Shown one piece after another: positions 1 to 13,059 of a stretch of DNA of 64,000 nucleotides. The notes under the pieces are model-generated. The model was not told the DNA's origin, did no database searches, and saw only the letters and a list, made by a program, of their open reading frames with translations. Position numbers and translations under genes: made by a program. Source of the stretch: Octopus sinensis (lineage: Eukaryota); the NCBI RefSeq assembly GCF_006345805.1, contig NC_043003.1, forward strand, positions 41,230,001-41,294,000, written 5' to 3'. Position 1 is the first letter of the stretch. Every line of letters starts with the position of its first letter.

Positions 1-769
1 AATTAAGACTTCTTTCCTCATCTCGAGGCCCTGTTCTTCCTTGTTCCCTTCTTGTACCTTGTGTATTTGTATTTGTATTCACTTTGATGAATCTCCATGT
101 ACTAGATCGAATGTGCTTTAAAGATGACGAATATTATTCTCATAATTTTCTTCGGCGGCACCGACTGACATTGGCAGCAGAAACGGCTGTAAGCAATGTT
201 CAAGCTTTTTATTAAAACATATTTAAATTATAGTAGTCAATTTGTTCATTTTCTGTTCATCTTAAATTTGATTCCTGATAAACTCTCGTTTATTCTGTTA
301 CTACCTGTATCCTACGTGCATTGTATTCTTGCATAACCATGCCCAGGATTAACGTAGGTAATTTACATCGGTTGTAATAAAGGTTATCCTTATCCCTTAT
401 ACGGTTACTTTAACAGTTAACTCTACTTACCTATGTATATATATATATATATATATAATTTTAAAAAGCTTAAAAATATAAAAATTTAAAAATATAAATT
501 TAAAAATTTTTAATTTTGATGATTTAAATTTTAAATTTTATATTTTATATATATATTATATATTATATTAATTATATTTATTGTTTTTTTATGTTTTGGT
601 TTATGTCTATCACTGTTTGAGTTGCCTAATAGTGGTTTATCTTTAATTTAATTTATATTTATGCTGTGAAATTTGATTTAATCCTAAATCTAATTTTCCC
701 TGTATGTTTGGATTTACTCCCTAATATTTATATATATATATATATACATATATATATTCATACATGCAT

Positions 770-810
<41 letters not shown>

Positions 811-911
811 TATATATATATATATATAATTTATATATATATATATGAGTCTGTGTGGTGTGTGTGTGTGTGTGAGTGTGTGTGGTGTGTGTGTGTGTGT
901 GTGTAAGTATT

Positions 912-1283
912 ATATATTCAGAAATTAGGGAATGGTGTAGATAAAATTCAGGCTACGTATATTTCATCCTTAGTAAAATCATAGTTAGCAAAAAGTTAGT
1001 AAATTATCCAAACGAGGTATAGGCCGCCAGATACTCTTCACGTCAAGGATACCTTGATTGTATGAAGTTTACATTTTGATCGAATCCACAACGAGTTAAC
1101 ACGGTATCGCCTAACGACAATGTAAACCTCGTATAGCCAAGGTATCCTTGGCCTGAAGTCTATACCACTCGTTTTGCAGTCTATACCACTCGTTTTGATA
1201 ATTTACTACTGTCGAGGTATGGTTAGCTATGAACCATATGTTGTCTGGATGTTATCTACGCCATGTCCTAGATTTTGAATATT
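912..1283. mobile_element. Old fold-back (MITE-like) palindromic element
   Basis: Arms are diverged reverse complements: CAAGGATACCTTG (1044-1056) vs CAAGGTATCCTTG (1138-1150), TAGTAAATTATC vs GATAATTTACTA, ATATTCAGAAATTAGGGAATGGTGTAGATAA vs TTATCTACGCCATGTCCTAGATTTTGAATAT. A 21-bp tandem duplication lies in the right arm (about 1158-1197). Confidence 0.7.
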
Positions 1284-1628
1284 TATTCGCATGTAAAACT
1301 ACCCCTGTTGCTAACCGTGATCTATAAAATTAACCTTCTTCAGCTTGTCGTATTACGATACGAGAAAAAATTCACTATATTCTGCGCCAATAAACCACTA
1401 CTGTCCTTCAACTTTTATATATATATAGATATATATATATATATATATATACGGATTGTTTGAAGTTCACTAGCTTTCTACACCTTGATCCTTGGATCTT
1501 AACTTTCCCCAGACACACATGCACACACACACATACACATGGACACACGTTACATATATATATATATATATATATATATGGAAATCCGGCCACATCGGCA
1601 AAATGCATAGCATGTTTTCCGATGACCA

Positions 1629-1689
1629 GATAACTGAAGAGATGGGGGCATGGATTTCCACCTCGGCATCCGAAACTCGGAGTTTTATC
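1629..1689 (+). ncRNA. Type I hammerhead ribozyme motif (Penelope-like), core intact
   Basis: Stem I GATAA/TTATC; core CTGAAGA at 1634-1640; long stem II 1641-1671; GAAA at 1672-1675; stem III ACT-CGG-AGT; cleavage triplet GTT at 1682-1684. Confidence 0.75.
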
Positions 1690-1724
1690 ATGACTACCGA
1701 ATAATTGTCACATATTACATTTAC

Positions 1725-1759
<35 letters not shown>

Positions 1760-2191
1760 TTAATAAAATAGAACATATGCATATATATAAACATATATGT
1801 ACGTACCTACCTCTACATGTACATATACACGCATATATATGTATGTATGTATGTATACAAATATATATATATGTACTTATATATATATAGGGATACATAA
1901 ACGCGTCAAGCGCACACACGCATGCATACACATTAACAATATTTGTATGTGTATTTTTGTACGTGCGTTTATGTGTACATGAGTGCCCGTGTAAATGTGT
2001 GTGTGTTAGTGTTGGTGTCACAGTGCGCTGACCACCAAATTTAGGACTATCGTAATTTATTCATGTGATTGCCATTTTATATCTGAAGTGGGAATATAAA
2101 TTACCTACATTCTCTGCGTACTAAATAGCTTTATATGTTACCTTTCTGTCTGTCAGCTTGTCTGTTTGCCTTTTTCTTTCTCTCTCTCTGA

Positions 2192-2235
<44 letters not shown>

Positions 2236-3094
2236 TTGTGTCTTGCTCTCCCTCCTTGTATCCGGTCTATCATGATATAGAAATACATATTATATATGTG
2301 TGAATCTGAATGTCTCTGTGTTTGTCTGTGTGTCTGAGTGTCTGTCTGTCCATCTGTCTGTCTGGTTGGCTGTCTGTCTGTATAATGCACATTATTTCGT
2401 TCCTGTAAAAAAAAAAATTAGAGTAAGAAGTGTGGGAGCTAAAGGGAAGGACTCCTCTACATTTGACAAATCAAGTCAATTGGTTGTTACTGATCTGCCG
2501 CCTCCAGTGTCGCTGACAATAATCATGCTTGACGTTTGCGTTCGACACTTTCCGCCCGTAACACTCAACACCAGCAGCGTCACATATAACTCATTCTGCC
2601 CTCCTCCACATATCATCGCCTTAATTTATAGGCATCCCACTCACTTCTTCTCTCTCCCTTTCTATGCGCCCCCTCTGTCACTTTCTTATTGTCTTCTACT
2701 GTCTCTTAAAATTTCCCTCTGAACCTGTCTCTCTCTCTGACACTTTCCCCTCACTCTTTTTTCGCTTTATCCCTCACTGTGCGTGTCTTCGCTTTCTGTC
2801 AGTATTTCTCTCTCTTCCTTACTCTGTCTCTGTTTCTCTCTAACTTTCGTGCGCATGCGCACACATATGTAGGTTTGTATGTACATCTGCACATGTTGTC
2901 ATGTATGTATGACTATCTTAGGTATAACTAACTATACAACATGACTATGCTCCTGTATATAATTATGTATGCACTTATAAATTAGGTACCACCGCACGCT
3001 CATACACACACACATAGACACACCGACAAACACAACACACTCACACACACGCACGCACATACATATACATATGTACGTATTTGTGTATACATAT

Positions 3095-3125
<31 letters not shown>

Positions 3126-3418
3126 CATACATTCATACATACATACATATACATACATGTGTGTGAGTAGGTCAGGGTTTGAGTTTGTTTTTCACCAAAA
3201 GTGTTAGTTTGATAACAACTGCTTAACTGAGTAGTTAGGCAAAATGTATCCCAGGAATTCAGTAGAAGACATTTATATCGCTACTGGAAGTGATTTTGAT
3301 CGACTAATCTTTCAAATGAGTGTCTCAGTCGGTCGCATTCTCACGACTAAAACACAATCACTCAAACATACGCACGCTCACACACGCACGCACACACACA
3401 CACACACATACACACATG

Positions 3419-3471
<53 letters not shown>

Positions 3472-3539
3472 AGGGATGATCACGAGTGGTAAGCGAATTA
3501 TCAGCTGTACAGGCAAATTTAATATATACATACAATATC

Positions 3540-3571
<32 letters not shown>

Positions 3572-4146
3572 ATGTGTGTGTGTGTGTGTTTGTGTGTGTG
3601 TGTGCGTGTGTGTATGAATGCGGTTTGGCAAAGAGTCCAATAAAATAAGCACCAGGTTTAAAAAGTATTAGGGGCGATTCATTCAGCTAAAAATTCTTCA
3701 AATGGCCGCACATTAAACAAGTAAAAGATAAAAAAGTAAAAGATATGTATACCAATACACGCATACACACGCATTGCTGCACCAATGGAATCCTCTATGA
3801 ACTTGCATTAACATTAAATTGTTTAACCGTCTTCTAAATTAAACACGCCAAAGTAAGTGGCCAGAAGAGCTACAACAGAGCAGGAGACAATAGCTATAAA
3901 AATAACGATAATAGTGGGGATGGTAGCAAGAAAAGAGAATAGGACTAAGCGGAGCAGCAGCAGCAGCACACGAGGACGGAAAGTGTCGCTGAAGACGAAA
4001 GATTTCCGGAACATGGACATGAGTTAAAAAAAAGAACAGTAATGAACGAGTGAAGAACGAATATATAGTGCGTGTGTTTATGTCACCATCTTGAAGCACA
4101 GTAATATTTGTTTCAACAAACGGTTTCACATCAGGAATCTATCTAT

Positions 4147-4360
4147 CTATCCGCTCAGTCGAAGTCGACTCTCGGTTACTCGATGGATCAGTGTCCTCCA
4201 GTCAGTTCTGTCCCGGACCGCTTCTTTCAGATTGGCCACGTCCATTCCGGTATCACTCTTGATGGTGTCAAGTCAGCGGGTTCTTGGTCGGCCTCTTCCT
4301 CTCTTGCCACTGCCCATTCTGAGCATGATGTCCTTCTCCAGGGATTTTCTCCTCATAATC
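4147..4360 (-). mobile_element. RTE/BovB-like LINE, 3' end fragment
   Basis: Minus-strand translation IMRRKSLEKDIMLRMGSGKRGRGRPRTR*LDTIKSDTGMDVANLKEAVRDRTDWRTLIHRVTESRLRLSG* matches the BovB-type ORF C-terminus. It is followed by a short (ATAG)n tail. Confidence 0.8.
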
Positions 4361-4500
4361 TTGCAACACATTCATAAAATATATTTCTTCTTTCAATTTC
4401 TCTAAGACATTTGGTAAATGTATCGTCACCGTCGTGGCTCTTATCATCAATGTCATTATTATCGTTAACATCCTAGTCAGCAGTCACAGTCGTAGTGGCA

Positions 4501-4572
<72 letters not shown>

Positions 4573-4791
4573 TTCCTCTAACCCACGTCGTAATGAATGT
4601 TTATGCAAGGAAATCGATGACATATTTTAATGATAAAGCGTTTATTAATATGACACCTGATTGACAATAAATATTTCAAATTAAGTAATATATGCATATG
4701 TGTGCGCGTATGCGCATGTGTGTTGTTTGTGTGTGAGTGTTGTGTGCTTGTATGTTGTGTGTGCGTTTGTGTATGTGTGTGTTTGTGTGAA

Positions 4792-4825
<34 letters not shown>

Positions 4826-5086
4826 CGCGCGTGTTTCAGGTTTCATCTTAGCATTACTTAAATATTCAGAGACTTAAGATAACCATCAAGCTATTCATAG
4901 GGATTTCTTTTGTAGCAAGAATATTTGGCAGTCCGAAAAGCGAATCACTAAAAAAAAAGAAAAAAAGAAAAAAGAATAAAAACAAGTGAATAACAATAAA
5001 CAGGATGTCGTCAAATATTGATGTGAATAACTGAATAACCCGACGGCTGAGTGGCAGAATTTTTAGCAAGACAGAAAAAAGAACCT

Positions 5087-5304
5087 ATTTCTTTATTACC
5101 CACAAGGGGCTAAACATAGAGGAGACAAACATGGACAGACATAGGTATTAAGTCGATTATATCGACCCCAGTGCTTACCTGGTACTTAATTTATCGACCC
5201 GAAAGGATGAAAGGCAAAGTCGACCTCGGCGGAATTTGAACTCACAACGTAACGGCAGCCGAAATACCGCTAAGCATTTCGCCCGACGTGCTAACGATTC
5301 TGCT
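5087..5304 (-). mobile_element. tRNA-derived SINE family B (Tx1-like 3' tail)
   Basis: tRNA-like head with B-box GAGTTCAAATTCC; core GCCTTTCATCCTTTCGGGTCGATAAATTAAGTACCAG; tail ...TAGCCCCTTGTGGGTAATAAAGAAAT. Near-identical copies at 9714, 33787 and 44743. Confidence 0.85.
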
Positions 5305-5334
5305 AAAGAACCGTTTAACGGCATTTCGCCCGCC

Positions 5335-5460
5335 TTTAGTATCTGAGTGCAAATTCCTCCTGTCGACTTCGTCTAACAACTTGGGTCGATGTAATCGACT
5401 TAACTACTTTTCCGAAACTGCTAGTTTTGTGCCAAGATTTGAAACTAATAACTGGATAAC
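5335..5460 (+). mobile_element. Degraded SINE family B' fragment (same head and core, alternative tail)
   Basis: GAGTGCAAATTCC..GTCGACTT..GGGTCGATGTAATCGACT..TTGTGCCAAGATTTGAAAC resembles the copies at 42210 and 51344. Confidence 0.6.
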
Positions 5461-6293
5461 AGTTACAAGCATGAAAAACATATTCACTATCGGTTACATT
5501 GGCAAACAAGTAGCTGGCCATTCAAATACAATAAACCTAACAATGTTGAATTCATTAAATCCCAGTGGTTGTAAGCAAACACTTTTACTGGACAAACAAC
5601 GTATGGAATACCTATTAAACGTTTTCATCTCGGGAGCGGTTTTTCTGACATTGAAATATGAATATAAATAGTTCTGTTATCTAGTCAGTGGTACGTTGTT
5701 TTGGCAAGACCAACGGCAGCTGGTATGCCCGAAATTCGACAACTTGTGCCGTCTACTGTTATTTCTAACAATACCCGATACATACTTTGAATTATATAAG
5801 TTGTACATATCATTTCTGTCCTGCTAGCAACGATATATATAATTGTAAAATCTCAACGGAGTTTGTTTTTTTCTCATCTACATCAACTCAACCGAATCCT
5901 CATGCTGGTGACTACCAAAAATCAAAGACATTCTTGTCGTTAAACTCTTATCATACGTGAAGCTTTTTCCACGTTTGAAAGTGAGGTGTAAAATAAACAG
6001 TAACATTTCAATTCTTGTCATAGTTATATAATTTATGCAAATATTTATTTGTAAACCATGGGTGAAGAAGAAAACAAAAGTAAAACAAAGGAATAGAAAT
6101 GAAACGAGACGGAAAGCGAAAGGAAATATATTCATTCTTTAAAATGAACGTGTTCAGAAATACTTAAATATTTTTTAGACGCATAAATTCATTGAAGCTG
6201 AGTCAGGTTTGCATAGAATGGGATGAAAACAACTGTTGTGCAGTGAAACTCATTCCGCCACGTAGCCATGTTTCATATTCCACACACACACAC

Positions 6294-6342
<49 letters not shown>

Positions 6343-6911
6343 ACACACATGTACAAGCAATCGTGTTGAATCTGTTAGTATTACAAATACTTGCATCAGA
6401 GTAACTTTTTATCGGTTTATACAAGTGTCTTTTTATATCTATGGGCTTTTTTACATGTGATCAAACAATTCCCTTTCCTCTTCCTTTTATCTAATTAACA
6501 GTTTATTTTTGATTATTTTGTAATAGTATTCATCATTCATTACATTATAACTCTCTAGCTAAGGCTCCTAATAAGAACGAAATCATCATCTCCCAACACA
6601 AGGTGGGACGACAAATGTGAATTTGAAATTAAGGAAGTCGATGAGAAAGCTGTGTTCACATATTTGTGTATCTATTTTTTGCATCTATTAACTTTTTGTA
6701 TCTATAACGAAGTTCTTACAGCTTCTAGTTAGTGGTAATCATGTATAGCATTATTTCATTTTGTTTAGAAATCTTCAGCATGATTTAAATAATAACATTT
6801 TAAATAGAGATAATATATCTCTTTAAAAAGTTACTGTTTGTGAAAATTAATTTTTCTGCCAATAGCAGTATTAATACTTTGAAAAATAGCTTTTGTTACA
6901 TTCACTATTGG

Positions 6912-7160
6912 TAGAGGCGCGTGGCTTAGTAGTAAGGGTGTCAACATGATCGTAAGATTGTGGTTTCGATTCCTGGACGGGGCGATGCGGTGTGTTCTTG
7001 AGCAAAACATTTCATTTCTCGTTGCTCCAGTCCTCTCAGCTGGCAAAAATGAGTAACATTGCGATGGACTGGCGTCCCGTCCAGCAGAGGAACACATACG
7101 CCATTGAAACCGGGAAACCGGGCCCATGAGCCTGGCTAGGCTTTAAAAGGGTGCATTTAT
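6912..7160 (+). mobile_element. tRNA-derived SINE family C
   Basis: A-box TGGCTTAGTAGT, B-box GGTTTCGATTCC, internal GCGATGGACTGGCGTCCCGTCCAG, tail CCCATGAGCCTGGCTAGGCTTTAAAAGGG. A related copy is at 38990-39305 on the minus strand. Confidence 0.8.
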
Positions 7161-7325
7161 TTATTTTTTATTTTACATTCACTATTAATATAAGTATAAT
7201 TGTCCATCAGTTTTACTGAAGAGTTATTATGAAATCTAAACATGTATTAAGAAGACAAAGAACGAAAGAGAAGAAGCAATAAAAAGAAGTTTCACTTTAG
7301 GTTTTATATCGAAAATTTACATATA

Positions 7326-7488
7326 GGCGCAGGAGTGGCTGTGTGGTAAGTAGCTTACTAACCAACCACATGGTTCCGGGTTCAGTCCCACTGCGTGGCA
7401 TCTTGGGCAAGTGTCTTCTGCTATAGCCCCGGGCCGACCAATGCCTTGTGAGTGGATTTGGTAGACGGAAACTGAAAGAAGCCTGTCG

Positions 7489-7559
<71 letters not shown>

Positions 7560-7778
7560 TGTGTGTTTGTGTGTCTGTGTTTGTCCCCCTAGCACTGCTT
7601 GACAACCGATGCTGGTGTGCTTACGTCCCCGTCACTTAGCGGTTCGGCAAAAGAGACCGATAGAATAAGTACTGGGTTTACAAAGAATAAGTCCCGGGGT
7701 CGATTTGCTCGACTAAAAGGCGGTGCTCCAGCATGACCGCAGTCAAATGACTGAAACAAGTAAAAGAGTAAAAGAGTA
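7326..7778 (+). mobile_element. tRNA-derived SINE family A with internal microsatellite
   Basis: Head TGGCTGTGTGGTAAG..GGGTTCAGTCCC; central (TA)n(TG)n; 3' half ending (GTAAAAGA)n. Many copies occur in the window. Confidence 0.88.
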
Positions 7779-8105
7779 TACTGAAAATTTAGATACAAAC
7801 TTCAGCTAGTTTCAAACACCAACATTAATATTTACATTACATAATAAAAAATACACTAAACGACTAAAAAGTACACTTTTCTTCCGAAAAGATAAGATAC
7901 GTCATGGCTAATACAAAAAACAAACAAAACAATAGAAAGTATAGGTTTTGTAATTTATGCGCTTTCATTTGAACTATATAATTTTATATTATTATTCTTT
8001 TATGTATATATATATATATATATATATGACTGCATGCATGTATGTTTATATAAATATATCTATCTATCTATCTCCCCCTCTCTCTCGCTCTCTCTCTCTC
8101 TCTCT

Positions 8106-8146
<41 letters not shown>

Positions 8147-8156
8147 TACCAATCAT

Positions 8157-8200
<44 letters not shown>

Positions 8201-8231
8201 GGATTATTACAAAGTAGCATGACATTACCTT

Positions 8232-8638
8232 TGGCTGTGTAGTAAGTAGCTTCCTTACCAACCACATGGTTCCGGGTTCAGTCCCACTGCGTGGCACTTT
8301 GGGCAAGTGTCTTCTGCTATAGCCTCGGGCCGACCAATGCCTTGTGAGTGGATTTAGTAGACGGAAACTGAAAGAAGCCTGTCATATATATGTATGTATA
8401 TATATGTATATATATGTATGTGTGAGTATATGTTTGTGTGCCTGTGTTTGTCACCCTAGCATTGCTTGACAACCGATGCTGGTGTGTTTACGTCCCCGTC
8501 ACTTAGCAGTTCGGCAAAAGAGACCGATGGAATAAGTACTGGGCTTACAAAGAATAAGTCCAGGGGTCGATTTGCTCGACTAAAGGCGGTGCTCCAGCAT
8601 GGCCGCAGCCAAATGAGTGAAACAAGTAAAAGAGAGAG
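8232..8638 (+). mobile_element. SINE family A copy
   Basis: High identity to 7326-7778 in both halves. Confidence 0.88.
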
Positions 8639-8959
8639 AGTGAAGTGTATACAGACAGACAGACACGCACACAGAGCTTCAGATAGAACTGCACATGTTT
8701 CTACAGCATAGATTAGTAACCGTTGAATGTGTGTGTGTTTGTGTACGTGTGTGTGCATGTGTGTGTGTTTATGTATGTATGTATGTATGTATGTATATGT
8801 GCATACACATTGTATGACAGAAAACTGTTTTTCTTCACTAAAACCTTACATTTAAATGCATCGCTGAGTTTTTTCACAACTTTGTAAACCTTTACGTATA
8901 ATTCATCTAATGACCGTGTTTTCATTTATTCTTTCCAGGCTATTTTTTCTACACTATTA

Positions 8960-9257
8960 CTATAATTATTTATTTATGAAATTTCTGCTATACTTTTTAC
9001 CATCATTATTCAAAACACCTTCTTTATTATTTTCTTCGCTACTTTCATCATTGTTCTCACCAATAACTTTTATCGTCTGCATCATTTTACAATTAAGGAA
9101 ATTCTTCTTCTTCTTCTTCTTCTTCTTCTTCTTCTTCTTCTTCTTCTTCTTCTTCTTCCTCCCCTTCTTCTTTGCATTATTATTATTGTTATTAATGTTA
9201 TTATTATTATTATTATTATTATTAGTGACATTTCTAGTAGCAGCAACAGCAGTAGTG

Positions 9258-9326
<69 letters not shown>

Positions 9327-9330
9327 CGTA
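8960..9330. repeat. Compound trinucleotide microsatellite (TTC)n/(TTA)n/(TAG)n
   Basis: Visible directly; it accounts for ORFs 8910-9515 and 8966-9388. Confidence 0.9.
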
Positions 9331-9713
9331 GCGTTAATTTCCTATGTAAATCATCAATCGCAAAACTATGTACCACATTTACATGCAATTCTTCGTTTTA
9401 TCAATTTTTTTTTTGTATTTCTCTTATATATTGTTTTTTGTATACTCAGATTGGGAAGATTTATCTTGGTAGATGTTTGCACTGTTTCACCATGTTATTT
9501 CTATATTTTATTTAGATATATTATTCCAAGAACCTTTGCTATAATTTTTCAACATACATTTTTTTTACTTAACTGTTCCTAAATATACTAATTACATTCC
9601 TCCCTGTCATACATCTTAACCGTAACGGTATATCACTTCGTAAGTGGAATAAAAAAACCAAACAGGAAGTAGGAAGAGTAATACAACAATGAACAAGAGT
9701 ACAAAATATATAT

Positions 9714-9900
9714 ATTTCATTACTACCCACAAGGGGCTAAACACAGAGGAGACAAACAAGGACAGATAAAGGGGTTAAGTCGACCACATCGACCCCAGTG
9801 CGTAACTGGTACTTAATTTATCGACCCCGAAAGGATGAAAGGCAAAGTCGACCTCGGCGGAATTTGAACTCGGAACGTAACGACAGACGTAATACGGCTA
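9714..9900 (-). mobile_element. SINE family B copy (head slightly truncated)
   Basis: Matches 5087-5304, including the tail. Confidence 0.85.
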
Positions 9901-12504
9901 CGAATAGGGAGAGGAATGAACGATTCGGATTATAGTCTTTCACCATGTATAGAAAACAGGGAATCGTATCAAGTATAAAATTAATGTTAAGTGATATTTG
10001 TTTCTGTGATCAACTTCAACAATTTCTATTGCTCACTAGGAACACCAACATTAGTTATTTCCATTTTTCTTCATTTCATTTATTTGCTAAGTATCTCTCA
10101 TCACTCAACGTTCATAAACTGTAATAAAAAAAATTCAAATATCTATGAGATTTATGTAATTAAACCTATTTACTTTATTATTCCGCAGCTTCTGAACTTC
10201 TTTGTAACAATCTTGGTTGGAAAGAAGTTTTAAATTGATAGAGATAGAATTTTTCTTCGTCGTTTCTATTTTAAATGTTCCGATGTTTGCTATGATTTGC
10301 CATCATATTTTTATTCATACACAATTATTTCCGTGTAATATTGTGACATCTATATTTAGTTGTCGGGTTTTCACAACCATTTGTTGTCTATCTTGCTTTA
10401 GTCTTATTAGCATAGCCTCCGTTGAATATGATTATCTATTCAGCCATATGTGTCAGTATATTCTGACTCAGTTACAAGTTGAGAGCCTAAGTCAATCTGG
10501 TTAATAGGTTTCAAGTATTTACTACATCTTTCGCCTTTACTGCTTGTTATATATGCGAGGTAGTTTTAACAGATTGGCCGTGGTGTTATGCAGCCATGAA
10601 GATATATCTCTCAGCTGTTAGACTAACACTGATAATAAGTTGGTTCAAAGTAAGCGTCTACATTATAAGTATCTTGCCAGATACTCACCGTACAGTTGCT
10701 TACTTTGGCAAAATTCTTTTGTAAACCATAACTAGAGTTATGGTTGCATGTTGTATATATTTCTTTTTCAGTGACAATGTTGTCATTATATTCCGCTGCT
10801 TCTATATCTCTAATTTTGTGCTATACCTAATTACTTCCTTGTTTCTAGCAAATAGGTTTTGTTTTCGTTGCCTTGTCATCCGTACTGTAGTTGTTTTTAT
10901 GATAATTCCCTATTTGTATGAGACGACACTTTCCACGGATACGTGATGTATAAATCTAATCTATTTCACTTTAATGTCGTATATTATAAATCGTTTTATA
11001 AGTGTCATTGTTTTCTTATGTGTTTCTTGACTACACTTAATTTCCGGTTTATTATAGAGAAACTGTAGTTAATAAGTGGGATATTTAATGTGTTTATTCA
11101 ATGTTGCATTTAGTTCGCTTCTAAACACTTATTTGATTCTTCTTTAACATTCGTTTATTATTTTTTTTCTCCCTTTCATTCATTTGTGGGAGATCTATAT
11201 AACCTATTTCGTATGTCTTTAAGAATTTTAATTCCCATTCTAATTTTTGTGTTGCTGATTTTGATTTAACTCTGTATTTTTAGTTCTGGAATTTAATTAT
11301 GAAGTTGTTTTGGTAACTCAAGTCTTAAGTCCTATATTTGTCTTTACTAAATGTTTAGGATCTTTGGAGCACTTACTTATATGTGGATGCAACACTTTTC
11401 ATTTCAGTCAAAATCATCCAGATATAAGCTGATTTTGTCATTCATAATTCCCAGTGAATCACTTCAGTTTTGGTAAAATAAATGTTTATTCCAACATTGA
11501 AGCTAACGAAAATCAGTTATATTATTCCGTAAATATTTGCAGACATCAGTTCATATTTGTTGATATCTGTCCATATTAGAAATAATAATAATATGAATCG
11601 TTAGCACAAATGCTTTGCAACATTTCATCCTGGTTTGCGTTTAAGTTCAAAGCCGTTGTGGTCAACGATGGCTTTCATCCTTCTGGATATCGATACAATA
11701 AATATCGGCTTAGCACTGGAGTCAATGTAATCTACTTTCGAATTCTCTTGAAATTGCTGGTCCTGTGCCAAAAAGTAGAAAGAATTATTACGAAGACAAC
11801 AGAATGGCTGAGATGCCAGAGCGTTGTTTAACGTCACACACTCTAATGTGTTGTGAGACATTAGTCTCTCCTTTCAAATCACGTTGCTGTCATTGCAAAC
11901 CTTTAATTATTGGCCTATGACAAGCGATAATTTGAGTGTGGCCATGCTGGAGCTCCGCCTTTAGTCGAGCAAATCTTTTCTTAAATTGTATCGCAGTCAT
12001 TACACATCCATTAAAAAACCCAGTAACAAAAGATGCCCCATAAGTAACTAACCCATCTTTTATCCTTATATATGTGTCAGATACATTCTCTCATATGTGT
12101 TCTTCCTATATTTAAGGCTGTTGCGACCGGATGTTTTGTTGAGATTTCTTGGGAGATGACCAATCCTATGGATTGAAGTCTAATCTTATCAAACCAATCA
12201 GCATGAGTGTTTAAGTTATTCTCCCCTTCCTCCTCTTTCTCTTCCTCTCCTCCTCCCCTCCTCCTCCTCATCATCATCAGCTGCACCAATAGCAATAGTG
12301 GTTTTATCAGAGGCAACAGAACTGTGTTTGATATTTAATTTTGTAATTCTTAATCTTCATAAGCAACATTAATACAGTCCAAATCCTTTTAAATATCCCT
12401 AAAAACATCAACCGCAGCTTAACTACTTGAACCAAGTATTGAAATCCTATGTGGTCGCACGGATTGCTGATAACATCAGCCAAAATCTCCCTTAGATAAT
12501 ATTT

Positions 12505-12608
12505 TAGGCTTACAAAGAATAAGCACTGGGGGCGATTTGCTCGACTGAAGGCGGGGATCCAGCATGGCCACAGTCAAATGACTGAAACAAGTAAAAGAGT
12601 AAGAGTAT
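12505..12608 (+). mobile_element. SINE family A 3' end fragment
   Basis: ACAAAGAATAAG..GATTTGCTCGACTGAAGGCGG..CCAGCATGGCC..GAAACAAGTAAAAGAGTA. Confidence 0.75.
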
Positions 12609-12885
12609 ACAAAAAAGATGAGATAAGGTCAAATTGAAACAGCTGTGACAGCAAATATCAAAGCCATCACTACAACTATTAACTTCAACAGGTTATGTTC
12701 AGAAAGCCATGAAATGTCAACCTCAACTTCTTCAAAACATATGCTTCATTGGATAATGTAGTTCCTGATATATAAAACGATTGGACTGAGATCTAGATGT
12801 ATGCCTGTATAGACAGTGCCAGGTAACCGAGAACAAAACAAAACTCAAAGTAAAACAAAAGCATCATAGAAAAATAAACAATATA

Positions 12886-13052
12886 GGTGTAGATGTGGCT
12901 GTGAGGTAAGAAGCTTGCTTCCGAATAACATGGTTCTGGGCTCAGTCCCACAGCGTGGCAGCTTGGGCAAGTGTCTATTACTAAAGCCGCGGACCGGCCA
13001 AGGCCTTGTGGGTGCATTTGGTAGGGGGAAACTGAAAGAAGCCTGTCGTATA
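12886..13052 (+). mobile_element. SINE family A 5' half
   Basis: Matches the head through GAAACTGAAAGAAGCCTGTCGTAT. Confidence 0.8.
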
Positions 13053-13059
13053 TACGGAT

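Noticed and set aside
3823-4020. Hydrophobic 65-aa ORF resembling a membrane protein N-terminus
   Set aside because: Its hydrophobicity follows from the purine-rich, AAT/GCA-simple opposite strand. There is no convincing splice donor or recognisable family.
7215-7245. CTGAAGA..GAAA hammerhead-like spacing
   Set aside because: Stem II is only 2 bp, the cleavage position is G, and there is no stem I.
10250-11580. A-rich minus strand with faint endonuclease-like words (EFCQSKQL, INQIDL)
   Set aside because: Too decayed to assign; it may be an old LINE, but no sustained motif order could be established.
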